Shown here: piece after piece, positions 62,897 to 64,000 of the stretch
How positions within the stretch are numbered: the stretch's first letter is position 1
Layout of the letters: each line of letters begins with the position of its first letter
From: a virus
Length of the DNA: 64,000 nt
Direction: 5' to 3' (one strand)
Virus record (IMG/VR): IMGVR_UViG_3300046011_002684
Location: 1 to 64,000 of that record
Made by a program: the position numbers and the translations under genes
The notes under the pieces: generated by a model
What the model was told of the DNA's origin: nothing
What the model saw: only the letters and a program-made list of their open reading frames with translations
Database searches by the model: none

Positions 62897-63235
62897 GTGG
62901 TCCGTTCTGTTTCTAGGTGGAACCATACCCAAAGTACTTAAGCAGCTAGTGCGTAAGCCTTAGGAGCAAAGTTATCGTTTGCATTTGTAGGTTTGGCTGA
63001 ATAACGTAGGCCAACACGGTAATCTCCACATCTTTTCAACACCTGTCGATCCTATTTCGAGCCCATCAGAAACATGCTAAGTTTACGACCATTACGCCAA
63101 GACCGGTGGGGTACCAAGCCTGTTGAGAACCTATATTAGGTAGTCACTTTATCCTGCATCCCTTAGCATGTTTGTGGTGGACCCGCTGGGTACTGCCCCC
63201 AGGTCCAGAATGTCTATCGTCTGCTTCAACGATTA
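62897..63235 (-). ncRNA. ssrA: two-piece (circularly permuted) tmRNA; tag ANDNFAPKAYALAA
   Basis: T arm GGGGGCAGUACCC, CGGGUCC-A-CCA ending 63175; 110-nt stem-closed intervening segment; GGGCUCGAAAUAGGAUCGAC from 63064 (G3:U70); tag ORF 62938-62982; outer ends approximate. Confidence 0.92.
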
Positions 63236-63356
63236 CAGATACTATTTAACCATATCTACTAGTGATTGTACATATCTAATTCCTATATTCCGGTCTGACG
63301 TGATAATTATGATACGCCCGTCAGAGTCGTAGAATATATGCCTATAGTTTTCGTAT

Positions 63357-63887
63357 CTATGAGAGTAGGTCATTTACCAGATCTTTATAATCACCGAAAG
63401 TCAAGTAATCATAAAGATCGTCAACGTTGCGCCATAGCTGTTCGAGTGTACCATTGTTGTCAATGATGAAGTCAGCCATCCAAGGTTCGAGCGACATACT
63501 CGACTTGGGTTCAGTTTCAAGATAGTCGGAGCGGTCTACCCAAATAACATAGTCGACTAGACCATTGTTACGGATAGCGTGGAACTCACGCTTATTGCGC
63601 AAGCCACAGTAGATATCAGAGACTTCGAAGATTTCACGGCCGATCCGGGCAAGATCATCTTTGCAATAACCTGCAATAAGATCATACCATTCAGAGCGGT
63701 GATTCGATCTATCAGCGAAGCATTCGTCTACAGACTTGTATCCGTAGACGTCTTTGAGTGCGGGATATACTACGTTCTCTGCACAGTGCATGCTAGACGA
63801 TTTAAAGCTAAGACCATGATGTTTACAAAGATACTCTGCAACAGTATCTTTGCCGTGTCGACCATGACCGATAATCAGTAATTTCAT
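63357..63887 (-). CDS. deoxynucleoside monophosphate kinase
   Basis: IGHGRHGKDT P-loop, GLRNKREF, ADFIIDNNG. Confidence 0.78.
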   Translation of the reverse strand: MKLLIIGHGRHGKDTVAEYLCKHHGLSFKSSSMHCAENVVYPALKDVYGYKSVDECFADRSNHRSEWYDLIAGYCKDDLARIGREIFEVSDIYCGLRNKREFHAIRNNGLVDYVIWVDRSDYLETEPKSSMSLEPWMADFIIDNNGTLEQLWRNVDDLYDYLTFGDYKDLVNDLLS

Positions 63888-64000
63888 TATAAATCCTTTG
63901 GCTTATAAAAGATATGGCCGTCGATAGAAGCAATCTTTTCCATGCTCTTTGCCCAATATGGTTTGATATCATCAGAGTGGTAGAACAACGCACCTTCGGT
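63887..64000 (-). CDS. SleB/Hydrolase_2 cell-wall hydrolase, C-terminal fragment (runs off the window)
   Basis: TEGALFYHSDDIKPYWAKSMEKIASIDGHIFYK. Confidence 0.8.
   Translation of the reverse strand, partial: TEGALFYHSDDIKPYWAKSMEKIASIDGHIFYKPKDL

Overview
Segment of a large T4-like (myovirus-type) phage genome, almost entirely encoded on the minus strand. The host is most likely an alphaproteobacterium: the phage carries a circularly permuted two-piece tmRNA with an ANDN-type tag and a tRNA-His with A73 and no G-1. From left to right: (1) DNA ligase and small early genes (1-7.7 kb); (2) a 13-kb translation island (7.8-20.9 kb) with 37 CCA-encoding tRNA genes covering all 20 amino acids plus an amber (CUA) tRNA, mixed with a GH19 endolysin, a radical SAM enzyme, a secreted nuclease and a Ro60/TROVE-like vWA protein; (3) a glycosyltransferase/methyltransferase/sulfotransferase cluster (21.5-31.3 kb); (4) phoH, denV-like, rnh, nrdAB and spanins; (5) putative capsid-packaged internal proteins (43-52 kb); (6) pstS, a desaturase/oxygenase module, exported proteins, tmRNA and dNMP kinase. 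The most unusual signals are non-coding and lie in the tRNA island. Seven related small RNAs share a 7-bp terminal stem plus an NNNC(A/U/C)GCA(A/U) motif, carry different tRNA-mimic modules, and three of them directly flank the Ro-like gene. A 13-codon uORF with an internal UAG sequesters the Shine-Dalgarno of the next gene and sits beside the amber tRNA. A 37-codon leader using 19 of 20 amino acids controls a terminator/antiterminator followed by boxA. A small basic ORF has its stop codon inside a tRNA. All protein family calls come from motif recognition by eye; no database search was run.
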